IMG/VR virus record: IMGVR_UViG_3300025381_000007
Source of the DNA: a virus
Reading direction: 5' to 3' (one strand)
Length of the DNA stretch: 64,000 bases
The notes beneath the pieces are model-generated. The model saw only the letters and a program-made list of their open reading frames with translations. It ran no database searches and was not told where the DNA came from. A program made the translations under genes and the position numbers. Positions 39,684 to 48,382 of this stretch are shown here, piece by piece (within the stretch, counting starts at the first letter, position 1; the number at the start of each line of letters is the position of its first letter).

Positions 39684-40261
39684 TTCTTTTTAGCCCGGCC
39701 TGCTTTCATGTTTGCTAGCCAATGTGCCATACGGGCCTTTTCACCTGTTGAATGTTTGGCAGTATTTCTTAAACTACTAACACTTGCTTTGGTATTTACG
39801 CCACTACGTTTGGCAAGACCTTTTCGTCCGGGATTTTTTCCATCGGCAAAGTTCTCATCTGTTTTACCTGCTTTTTTTTTAGCAATAGCAATAGCAGCCT
39901 GTTGAGCAGGATTGGCTGCTTCTTTCAATGTTTGTAATACATTGTATAGTTGTTCAACACTTTCACAATGCCATTTACGTAGTGCTTTATTGATACGGCT
40001 ATTTGGATCTCTCTTGGTCGAGGCTCCTGTACGATGTTTCTTCATGCCCTTCATACGAGCACAGAAACTCTTACGACGTTTGCTGGCCTTGCTGCCTTTC
40101 TTTAACTTACTGGGTTTAGTAGTCACAGCAGTTTGTAGTTTACTACCGGGATGTTCGCGACGATAACTCGCTACGCCTTTTTTATTAAGGCCACCGTTTT
40201 TATTTTTACCACTTGATTTTTGCCAAGCGGCTGATTCAGTAATAAATTCTTCGGCTCTCAT
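39680..40261 (-). CDS. Very basic modular protein (DUF6321-like domain), probable capsid-internal protein
   Basis: MRAEEFITES leader; GKN..GGLN.KG..SY...PGS.L...RRKSFCARM.G...DPNSRINKALRKW. Confidence 0.65.
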   Translation of the reverse strand: MRAEEFITESAAWQKSSGKNKNGGLNKKGVASYRREHPGSKLQTAVTTKPSKLKKGSKASKRRKSFCARMKGMKKHRTGASTKRDPNSRINKALRKWHCESVEQLYNVLQTLKEAANPAQQAAIAIAKKKAGKTDENFADGKNPGRKGLAKRSGVNTKASVSSLRNTAKHSTGEKARMAHWLANMKAGRAKKK

Positions 40262-42750
40262 TTCTTTTTCTTCTTAGGATTTTTAGCGCCGTAGCTGGCA
40301 GCAATAGCCATCTGACGTATTTTTTCTGGACTCTTGTTTTTAAACTGATGATGACCTTTTGCGTTAGGTGTTTGAGCAGCTTTGGCAAAATCATCAATAT
40401 ACTTTTTTACTGGATCATTGGGTTTAAGTTTTTCAGCTAACTTAGAAGATAGTGACTCTAAATAAGCATCTTGTTCTTCGCCCATATCGTGTTCATCGTC
40501 TACAGCATTAAACACCGCATCTAAGTAATCAGCGGCCTTAGTAACTTTACTTTGTTGCCACGGTTCCAATGTATCGCCTTGTGCTTGCATTTGTTTGACA
40601 GCATGACGTAGTTTAGATGCATGTTTGACTAGACTCTTTAGTTGGCTGCTGGTCATGCCATTGGCTTCATCATTATACCATTCTGGATTTTCGTGAACAC
40701 TATCATCGTGACCAGCACCGGCCCATTTGCTAGTACCGTGTGCTGTAGCAGCCGCTCCTTGTCCCCAACCTTTGCCTACATCGCTATGATCTTCTTTAAG
40801 ACCACCAACTTTCATGGCCTGTTCTTTATTTGAACTATATCCTTGAGCAATGGCCTGTTGTCTTTGGTTAGGCCAAATATTGGCAACATACATTTTTCCA
40901 TCACGAACAATGTACCAAGATTCCTTGTCCATTTCGTCACCAGCAGGACCACCTGTACCGTATCTTGTGCTGCGGTTGTAGTCCATTTGACGTTGTTGAT
41001 CGCGCTCGTTATCGTTGGCGTAATAGCCGCCTTCGTCATCATGACGACCTTCGTTAGGTACACAGTTACGAACTTGTCCACCGTTCTTACCTTTCTTAGT
41101 ACCAGCCGCATGATGTCCTGGCCAACATTTAGTAAAACCATTTGAGTCCTTAGCACCTTTCTTGATCTCATTAAGATTACCATGTGTTTGGCACATACCG
41201 CAATCTGGGCATACTGCTTCCATTGTCATCATACTTTCTTCGTGCTTTTTCTTACCGGCACAGTGAGCCTTTTGACTAAAGCCTTTTGGATGACTACAGT
41301 TGATTGAACTCTTATACTTCTGACTCCACTCTTCCGCCACACCTTGCTCTTTAGGCATAGGAATATATCCTTTGCCACTACAACGACGACACGATTTGGT
41401 AGGGTCTAAAGTATCTTCGCCACTGCCATCGCATTGCGGGCAGGTGCGAGTGGCTTGATCTTCCGCCACACCTTGCTCGTTAATTCTTAATTGTTTCTTT
41501 GTGTAGGCGATATTACTATCAAAACTTTTTTGACCTTTTTCTTCTGTGGGTTTGGTTATATCCGAATGAACTTGTTTTCCGCCAGCATAAACTCTTACTT
41601 GATATCCCCATGGTGTCTTATGTAGTTCATGTGTGTATGGTCCTATTGTTTCAGAGCGGATAACAGATTCTTTTAGTGAGCCTTCCGCCACACCTTCCTT
41701 CATTCTGCGACCATGTTGATCTAATACTATAAGTTTGCCGCCGAATTTTTTAATATGAGCCAATGCCAAGTCTCGTGATAGGAATGTTTTAACAAACTCA
41801 TTTTTGCTATCAGGAAATACACCATACTCAGTTGGTTCAGGGGTATATGTAAGTTTACCTTTTGCTTCCGCCACACCTTCCTGTAATCCCGGAATAGGAT
41901 GTAATCCTTTGGGAATTTCTCCAGTCCAATGCTGTGATCCGTGCCTTGCTGGTAAATCTCTTATGGCATTTTCTTCCGCTAACTCACACAATTCAGTATG
42001 ATGTAAAAATATAGTGCTACCACAATCATAACAAGGATAGTTATCAAATGGGTCCTCATCGTCATCGCCACCACTCATAGCAAATTCATTCAAGGAGCCT
42101 TCCGCCACACCTTGCTCGTCACTCTTGTTAATCAAATCGATGTTACCAAACTGACGAAGATGTTTTATTGTGTTATTAAGATGGTGGTAATAATCTGGAT
42201 CGTCTTTACTGACACCATTTTGTGCTAATAATTTTTCAGCATAACGATGTGTTGGCATTTCTTTCTTCAATAGTTCCGGAGCGCCTTCCGCCACACCTTC
42301 TTCTTTTTTAACAACAAAGTTTATGTTTTTGTTTCCGGTGTTGGGATCAATGTATGTGCTTTTGAATACTTTACCGCCGTGTTCTCGAGCGTAGGCAAAT
42401 GCTTCATGTTTGTTATCAAATCTATTAGTAGGCGGTTTAATCATAGGGCTTGCTTCTTCCGCCATATCTAATTCACGGGCTTTGTGTTTTACATCGCCCT
42501 GCTTTTCGGCCTTCTTCTTATCCTTGTGAGCACCGGCACCGCCCATCTTGGCGTTCTTGGCCACAAAGTTTCTTGGTTTACTAGCAGGTATTTCTTTAGG
42601 ACCCATTCTGCTTTGAACAATAATACTATCTTTGCCTAATGGTTTACTAACGCTAGCAATGCCGCCAGCACTTGTTCCGCCACTTGTAGCAGATTCTAAC
42701 GTATAAACGGTAGTGTCTTTAAAGTTTTTAGATTTAAATTCGTTGTTCAT
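40258..42750 (-). CDS. Modular 830-aa polyprotein-like protein with GVAE-delimited mini-domains
   Basis: Six [E/Q]GVAE linkers separate unrelated 43-78-codon units, including CxxC zinc-finger modules. Confidence 0.8.
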   Translation of the reverse strand: MNNEFKSKNFKDTTVYTLESATSGGTSAGGIASVSKPLGKDSIIVQSRMGPKEIPASKPRNFVAKNAKMGGAGAHKDKKKAEKQGDVKHKARELDMAEEASPMIKPPTNRFDNKHEAFAYAREHGGKVFKSTYIDPNTGNKNINFVVKKEEGVAEGAPELLKKEMPTHRYAEKLLAQNGVSKDDPDYYHHLNNTIKHLRQFGNIDLINKSDEQGVAEGSLNEFAMSGGDDDEDPFDNYPCYDCGSTIFLHHTELCELAEENAIRDLPARHGSQHWTGEIPKGLHPIPGLQEGVAEAKGKLTYTPEPTEYGVFPDSKNEFVKTFLSRDLALAHIKKFGGKLIVLDQHGRRMKEGVAEGSLKESVIRSETIGPYTHELHKTPWGYQVRVYAGGKQVHSDITKPTEEKGQKSFDSNIAYTKKQLRINEQGVAEDQATRTCPQCDGSGEDTLDPTKSCRRCSGKGYIPMPKEQGVAEEWSQKYKSSINCSHPKGFSQKAHCAGKKKHEESMMTMEAVCPDCGMCQTHGNLNEIKKGAKDSNGFTKCWPGHHAAGTKKGKNGGQVRNCVPNEGRHDDEGGYYANDNERDQQRQMDYNRSTRYGTGGPAGDEMDKESWYIVRDGKMYVANIWPNQRQQAIAQGYSSNKEQAMKVGGLKEDHSDVGKGWGQGAAATAHGTSKWAGAGHDDSVHENPEWYNDEANGMTSSQLKSLVKHASKLRHAVKQMQAQGDTLEPWQQSKVTKAADYLDAVFNAVDDEHDMGEEQDAYLESLSSKLAEKLKPNDPVKKYIDDFAKAAQTPNAKGHHQFKNKSPEKIRQMAIAASYGAKNPKKKKK
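41331..42299 (-). repeat. Six identical 15-bp direct repeats CTTCCGCCACACCTT (coding strand AAGGTGTGGCGGAAG) at 41331, 41460, 41682, 41865, 42099, 42285
   Basis: Read directly from sequence; start-to-start distances 129, 222, 183, 234, 186 bp are all multiples of 3; degenerate copy at 42456. Confidence 0.95.
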
Positions 42751-43118
42751 TTCTTTCTATTCCTAGGATTCCAATCAGCTATTGGACTAGTCTTATTTAC
42801 ATCTTTACTTTCTCTACTGCCACCAGGTGTTAGTTGAACTTTTGGAGTACCTACTAGATTAGCCGCGGCTTGTAGAATGTTATCTTCAACGTCAGTGTAT
42901 CCAATAGTAACCATTTTCAAGCCTGTTGGACCTGCAACATCCATTTTTTGATTCGGTAATCCTGCAACAGCAACACCAAATCTATAAGCAAGATAACCAC
43001 TACTATTATCTAATTCTGGCCAGATATGACTATTAGGTAGTGCTTCAGCTACATCAGGGTGCCAACCGCTTGCACCTGAATAGTCTTTGGCTTCTTTTAC
43101 AAATTCTCTTGCTCTCAT
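42747..43118 (-). CDS. Hypothetical protein with MRAREFVKEA leader
   Basis: ATGA-coupled; 'Y..YRFGVAVAG' and 'VNKTSP' motifs. Confidence 0.65.
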   Translation of the reverse strand: MRAREFVKEAKDYSGASGWHPDVAEALPNSHIWPELDNSSGYLAYRFGVAVAGLPNQKMDVAGPTGLKMVTIGYTDVEDNILQAAANLVGTPKVQLTPGGSRESKDVNKTSPIADWNPRNRKK

Positions 43119-43564
43119 AGTCTTGCATCCTTACTTAAACTAGCACGTAGGAACCAAAGGTGTTTCTTATGTGCATCCATACGCTCTGCTAGAAAGTTGC
43201 TTAGGCCATGTTCGCCTTCGCCTTCAGCAGCATCATAGTTTTTCTTTAAGATTATCAATAACTTTTCGCTATCTATGATCAGTTCTTTAACCATGTCATC
43301 TTTACTGGGTACACGATCTTCATCTTCGATCTTAGTTAACATACTTAGGTTATGATAACTTGTGGGCATATAGGCATTTAGCTTACGAACATTTTCAGCA
43401 AATGGATCGATTGATTCATATACTTCATTATAGATTTCTTCAAATAGTTTATGGTATTCGTAAAAGTCGCTGCCTTCTACATTCCAGTGAAAACTATGAG
43501 TTTTCACATAGAAGCTAAAAGTGCTACTAAATGCTATTCGAGTTAATTGAACTAACTTATCCAT
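43115..43564 (-). CDS. dps: Dps / ferritin-like DNA-protection protein
   Basis: KTHSFHWNVEG..F...H.LFEE.Y......D..AE..R and HKKHLWFL motifs. Confidence 0.88.
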   Translation of the reverse strand: MDKLVQLTRIAFSSTFSFYVKTHSFHWNVEGSDFYEYHKLFEEIYNEVYESIDPFAENVRKLNAYMPTSYHNLSMLTKIEDEDRVPSKDDMVKELIIDSEKLLIILKKNYDAAEGEGEHGLSNFLAERMDAHKKHLWFLRASLSKDARL

Positions 43565-43566
43565 TA

Positions 43567-43848
43567 TTATTTTCCATACCATAGTTCGAACCATGCGGGA
43601 GTGCCTGGGCGAATATTATTTGCCTTCATATATTGTGCTTTGTCATTGCCACTCATTCCGGCTTTGTCTATATTTAGTTTATTTGCTTCGGCAACTTTGG
43701 CCTTGTATTCAGCCAACCTAACCGTGCTGCCCAAGCCACCCATATAACTAGCAATTTTAAGTTCGTGTATAGGATCGTTGGGCGCAAGATAACAATCATC
43801 GGGACTATCCTGAGTTATGTTTTCTTTTGTAATACGAAACTGTTTCAT
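43567..43848 (-). CDS. Hypothetical protein (93 aa)
   Basis: 'NIRPGTPAWFELW' motif; operon packing. Confidence 0.65.
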   Translation of the reverse strand: MKQFRITKENITQDSPDDCYLAPNDPIHELKIASYMGGLGSTVRLAEYKAKVAEANKLNIDKAGMSGNDKAQYMKANNIRPGTPAWFELWYGK

Positions 43849-44957
43849 TTTAGCTGACTCTCAATTAATCTTGCTAGGGCATCGGCCTTATCTTCAACCC
43901 AGTTCTCGCCTATGTTTTGTCCACGCCAGTTAGGTTGTGCTGTATAGTTTGCTTCACCGCTATAGCCAGGTTTGTTGACGGCATAACTTCCCCCGTCTGG
44001 AGTTTCCTTTACACCTTGTTCGGCCCTGCGGCGGAACAACTCTTTAGATATATTTTGTGCTATATTTGTTTTATCCTGTGATTTACTTAGATTTTGTAAT
44101 ACTTGGATCAATACTTTTGTTGGATATTTGGTGTAATCTGCTTGATTGATATTTTCTCCAACATTTTGATCAGTCTTTTTAGGTTCTTCTTTTTTAGGAA
44201 TACTGCTGGGAGTTCTTTTTAAACTAGCATCACTCTTGGCACGTTGTTGATCCCATGCCTTGCTCAATTTAGCAGCAGCACTCATACGGGCTTCTGCTAC
44301 TTTGCCTTTTTTAGTAGGAGTCATGGCCTTCATACGTTGTTCGGCCTTGTTCATTAAGTCTCGTACTTCATCATCACTGAGTTCGGGATTCATAGCATTA
44401 CGCCAAACCGCAAACTTTTCTTCTTCACTCTTGGCAGGATCCATTAATACGGCTCGCATAGGTGTAGCACGTGGTCCTTCTTGATCACGGCTCGGATCCT
44501 TGGTTTCTTGACGACTTATGACGTTTAATGTGTTGAAATTAAAGGGAATATTGCCAGATTTGTTAGGTTTTCCGTTGTAATTTTTAACATAGCTTAATGC
44601 CTTAACTTGATCAGCACCTACCACAACGGTGGCAGCTGTATAACCCATTTCATTTAATTTGGCTAGTACCCGAGTTAAGTCTGGCATTTCTTCTGTAGCA
44701 GTTTGGAAAATATGTCCGCTTTGTGGAAATACTTTTTTGTAGATAGCTAGTTTTTCTTTAGGGTTGATAGGATCATCTTTACCCACCGTACGACTAACAA
44801 CAAAGTATGGATCTGCTCCCAACTCTTTGGCCTGTGTAATAACACTGCTGGCCAAGAACATGTGTCCCTTGTGTCCCATACCACGACCCCAACCGACCAC
44901 CGCAGCCTTACCTTGACCAGTTCTTGATAGATCTTCAAAAATATTTCTTAATAACAT
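43845..44957 (-). CDS. HxGH-type nucleotidyltransferase (cytidyltransferase-like) with appended C-terminal modules
   Basis: VVGWGRGMGHKGH, DDP...EK, VVVGADQ, RATPMR; MLLRNIFE leader. Confidence 0.7.
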   Translation of the reverse strand: MLLRNIFEDLSRTGQGKAAVVGWGRGMGHKGHMFLASSVITQAKELGADPYFVVSRTVGKDDPINPKEKLAIYKKVFPQSGHIFQTATEEMPDLTRVLAKLNEMGYTAATVVVGADQVKALSYVKNYNGKPNKSGNIPFNFNTLNVISRQETKDPSRDQEGPRATPMRAVLMDPAKSEEEKFAVWRNAMNPELSDDEVRDLMNKAEQRMKAMTPTKKGKVAEARMSAAAKLSKAWDQQRAKSDASLKRTPSSIPKKEEPKKTDQNVGENINQADYTKYPTKVLIQVLQNLSKSQDKTNIAQNISKELFRRRAEQGVKETPDGGSYAVNKPGYSGEANYTAQPNWRGQNIGENWVEDKADALARLIESQLK

Positions 44958-44958
44958 A

Positions 44959-46098
44959 TTAGTCTTTCCTCGGTGCCCAGTTGGCTTGGTCAATGGCTTT
45001 GACAAATTGACCTGGTAAATCATTTTTAAATTGTGTACCGGGGTGTGCTTGTACATAACCTTCAGGTTTAGTTTGACGAATTCCACCATGTGTGCCTGCA
45101 CTGATTAGTTGTATTAGTTTGAGTTTTTCATGGCTAATCATTTCTACAGCATGTAATACAATATCTAGTCCAGGATCATTTAATACCTTACCTGCTTGTC
45201 CCGCAGATAAGTTAGCCTGTGCCCATTGAGCAAACTTTTGTTTAACGCCGGGAATACGAAGATTTTGATTATAGAACTTGTACAATATATCACCAGGTTT
45301 ACTTAGTCCTGGTTTGGGTGCTAGAAACCCATCGATAGCCTGTGCATTTTTTGTAATGTATTGTTCGACTTTACTAACACCTGCAGGATCTAGTGTAGGA
45401 GCCTTTTCAACATATGTAGTACCTTGAACAATAATGTCTGGTGTACTTAATGCTTCTGCATTGGGATAACGGCTTTCTTCACTGCTGCCTAATGTTTCAT
45501 ACCAACCTGTGGCAGCAACCATGACTTTGGCGATTTTAATACGTTGTCCTAATTTGCTACCTACCGGAATATGAAATTCAGTGATGTTGGGTTTGAAATC
45601 GTATTCTTGACTTTGTGGATTTAATCTAGGTGGTTGATCAGGACTGAATAAAATACCGCCTTCAATGTATCCACGTTCTGGACTTGCGGCTTCAAAGTAT
45701 CTCCACAAGTTGGCCATACCGCTGGCAAAATGTTCACGTTGACGTTCTTTACCAGGTTCGACTCGACCTGTGCCTAAAATAAATGCCTTGATATCTTCGG
45801 GACTATACATTACGGTTTTTACACCGTTGTCTAATTCGGTCTTACCACGTTTTAAATATTCCCAAGCATTTTTAGGTATCATACTAAACCGGCCTTGCTC
45901 GTCCTTGCCCCAATATACAACAGGACTGCCATCCCATTTTAATTCAATGCCGTGTCCTTCCTTAGTCATGCTTTGTAGACGTTCGATGGCATGTAGGCCA
46001 CCTTGACTACCGTTAGTAAACACTAGGTCTTCGATATGTTGATATTTACGACCTACAGTAGGTGCTGCTGCTTCTGTTAATAGTTCGCGGATCTTCAT
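44959..46098 (-). CDS. ATP-grasp ligase-like protein (KxDG motif; DUF6267-like)
   Basis: HIEDLV...ELKWDGSP...EGGILF...PN...PEGYV...K; MKIRELLTEA leader. Confidence 0.65.
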   Translation of the reverse strand: MKIRELLTEAAAPTVGRKYQHIEDLVFTNGSQGGLHAIERLQSMTKEGHGIELKWDGSPVVYWGKDEQGRFSMIPKNAWEYLKRGKTELDNGVKTVMYSPEDIKAFILGTGRVEPGKERQREHFASGMANLWRYFEAASPERGYIEGGILFSPDQPPRLNPQSQEYDFKPNITEFHIPVGSKLGQRIKIAKVMVAATGWYETLGSSEESRYPNAEALSTPDIIVQGTTYVEKAPTLDPAGVSKVEQYITKNAQAIDGFLAPKPGLSKPGDILYKFYNQNLRIPGVKQKFAQWAQANLSAGQAGKVLNDPGLDIVLHAVEMISHEKLKLIQLISAGTHGGIRQTKPEGYVQAHPGTQFKNDLPGQFVKAIDQANWAPRKD

Positions 46099-46826
46099 AG
46101 TATGTGGTCCATTAAAAATCTAAACCATTCACGACTACCTTCTTGTAGACTAACATCAGGTGCATACTTGTCTCTGATTGCTGTGTATTTTTCTGGATAA
46201 GGTTTAAGAGCATTTAGTATGGCATGTACTGAACTCATATCTTGAGCAGTGGCATTTGGACCAATAATGCGTTTGGCAATTTCGTCTTTGTTATTAGTGA
46301 TTAGTTCTTTAGTAGCACGATTTACTAGACCTTTATATGGACTTATCATCATGCTTAGTTCAGGTGTGCTGCTTAGATTAGCAAGGTCGGCCCAGATAGC
46401 GTGTAATGTGCCGCCCTTCATTTTAGGATCTTGACTATAGTCGTGTGTATGTAACGGTTGTGCAGCCTTAGCATTTTCCACAGCCATGATATCTACTTGT
46501 ACTAACTTATCAGTATTACCGATTGGTATACCTACATGGATACTAACTCCAGTACGGGCAGCAAACAGTCCTTTGTTTTTAAAATACTGTTCTAATGCCT
46601 GACGACTTAGTTTAAGTTCTTTTGCAGGAAACGCCTTCATTAATTCTGCGGCGTCTACCAATACATCGATATCACTACTAACTTCTTTCTTACCTGCAGA
46701 CCCTATTGGATATAAGTTTATTCCTGGTGGTAGGGCTTTTTCCAGATTAGCCATGACTAGTGGAAAATTTTGTTTTGTTAGTTCAACAGCACTAGGAACT
46801 ACATTGCCACCTTCGTTTAAATTCAT
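46095..46826 (-). CDS. Pol-beta superfamily nucleotidyltransferase
   Basis: GSAGKK..SSDIDV...VQVDIM motifs; MNLNEGGN start. Confidence 0.7.
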   Translation of the reverse strand: MNLNEGGNVVPSAVELTKQNFPLVMANLEKALPPGINLYPIGSAGKKEVSSDIDVLVDAAELMKAFPAKELKLSRQALEQYFKNKGLFAARTGVSIHVGIPIGNTDKLVQVDIMAVENAKAAQPLHTHDYSQDPKMKGGTLHAIWADLANLSSTPELSMMISPYKGLVNRATKELITNNKDEIAKRIIGPNATAQDMSSVHAILNALKPYPEKYTAIRDKYAPDVSLQEGSREWFRFLMDHIL

Positions 46827-46827
46827 C

Positions 46828-47202
46828 TTATACTCCAATTTGATATTTGCCGTGAACAATATCTTCTCGATAGTGATCGAATAATCGTTCACACATGTCT
46901 TTCATTAATTCTTTGCTAAAATGATCCTTAAAACGACCAGGCATTTTATTACTTTCAAAAAACTCACGGCATCCTTTTGCAACCATTGGCTCAAATGCTT
47001 TAACCATATCTTCTTTATCTAGAGAACCGCCTTTGTGTGATTTATGAATCTTTACTGCTAATGGATGAAAATAATCTTTATGAAGGCGGTCGTGGTCTAT
47101 AATGTACCAGAATAGGTCATTCCCGATACCTTGATCATCGCGTTCTTTACGCATTTCTTTAGCGATGTCTTTGGCTTTTCCGAAGAATTCTTTTAATAAC
47201 AT
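46828..47202 (-). CDS. Hypothetical protein (124 aa) with MLLKEFF leader
   Basis: AAGGA RBS; first gene after TAAATA at 47254. Confidence 0.65.
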   Translation of the reverse strand: MLLKEFFGKAKDIAKEMRKERDDQGIGNDLFWYIIDHDRLHKDYFHPLAVKIHKSHKGGSLDKEDMVKAFEPMVAKGCREFFESNKMPGRFKDHFSKELMKDMCERLFDHYREDIVHGKYQIGV

Positions 47203-47253
47203 ACTGATTCCTTATCAATCACAGTTAGACACTGAGATAGTAATACTATCGAG

Positions 47254-47259
47254 TATTTA
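47254..47259 (-). promoter_or_regulatory. Late promoter core TAAATA heading the 47202->38310 block
   Basis: Intergenic; followed by small hairpin GATAGTATTACTATC. Confidence 0.55.
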
Positions 47260-47282
47260 TTACAAATTAAACAAATAGGAAA

Positions 47283-47678
47283 TTAGTGATTGTAGAGAAC
47301 AGATTGTACTTGACCGTCGTTGATCATAACAGTACTGCGAACCCACACAAAGTTACCGTAAAAGTTATAAACATCTACAGTACTGGTATTGCGATCCATG
47401 ATTTGTGTATAGGTGCTGGTAGTACCTACAACATTAAACCAGTCAGTTTCAGATGGGTTTGTGGCTAAAGAAGCCTGCATGGTAACAGTGCCTACAAAAG
47501 ATGGACTACAGGTATACATTACTGTATGTAGTCCATCTCCGCTACTAAAATATCCATCGCCCTTTGCAGGATTACTTACATAGACAAGTGTGCTAGTACC
47601 GCTGTTAGGGTACTGTACTGCTACACTGGCAGTTCCGAGGTAGTTGATAAATTCAAGGGCTTGGCTAAGTGCTGACAT
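47283..47678 (-). CDS. Small beta-rich putative virion protein
   Basis: TATAAATA at 47701-47708 upstream; 'KGDGYF..DGLHTV...GNFVWVR'. Confidence 0.6.
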   Translation of the reverse strand: MSALSQALEFINYLGTASVAVQYPNSGTSTLVYVSNPAKGDGYFSSGDGLHTVMYTCSPSFVGTVTMQASLATNPSETDWFNVVGTTSTYTQIMDRNTSTVDVYNFYGNFVWVRSTVMINDGQVQSVLYNH

Positions 47679-48382
47679 GTGTTATCCTGATCTAGATTAA
47701 TATTTATACTAGATCTTGGGATATGTTCTTCAACTTTCTTAACATCTTGTCCCATGAACAAGCCGATCATAGCCAGCGTACCTGAGTCTTCTACATAGAT
47801 ATAGGGGCTTTGATACCACCCCTTGACAAACCAATGAACAGTGCCTCTGGGAATCTTAACCTTTGAGCTATAGTTATGGATCCAAGATTCAAATCGTGCC
47901 TTGGTATCTGCTTTACAACTAGGACTAAAATATACCTTGTACTTGTATTTGTTAAAGGGTATTTTATTACACAATACTTTTTTATGTCCGTTATCGTTCA
48001 AATAGTCTAATTCAGCCGCACTTTCTGGCTCATGTAATTCTACAATGTATTGGTCTAATTCCTTTACCAACTCGTTGTAAAGATCAGTATCCTTGCAATA
48101 GATATTAAAGAAATCACCTTCTACTCGAATTTGTAGATCTTGGTCCAGGAACGGTTCTACACTTCGTGTAAAGTTTAGTAGCCGCGCCTTTTCTTCGGCG
48201 CCAATGGATCTAAAATCCCAGTAGTTGGACATACCCGGTCTGGCTCGATTTAGGCAATAATTCACAACCTCGTCGATGCCGAGCCGTTTAACCATCCAAA
48301 AGTTCTTGCCCCAACATTCAATCTTGTAGGGCCATTTCTTATAGAATAGTTTAGATGTTTTCAGTGTTCGATGTTTCGCCAT
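47621..48382 (-). CDS. Hypothetical protein (253 aa)
   Basis: Long ORF overlapping the clpA end. Confidence 0.65.
   Translation of the reverse strand: MAKHRTLKTSKLFYKKWPYKIECWGKNFWMVKRLGIDEVVNYCLNRARPGMSNYWDFRSIGAEEKARLLNFTRSVEPFLDQDLQIRVEGDFFNIYCKDTDLYNELVKELDQYIVELHEPESAAELDYLNDNGHKKVLCNKIPFNKYKYKVYFSPSCKADTKARFESWIHNYSSKVKIPRGTVHWFVKGWYQSPYIYVEDSGTLAMIGLFMGQDVKKVEEHIPRSSININLDQDNTCQHLAKPLNLSTTSELPV

Noticed and set aside
41331-42299. CRISPR array interpretation of the 15-bp repeats
   Set aside because: Repeats are too short and non-palindromic, spacers are 114-219 bp, variable and in-frame coding, and no cas genes are present
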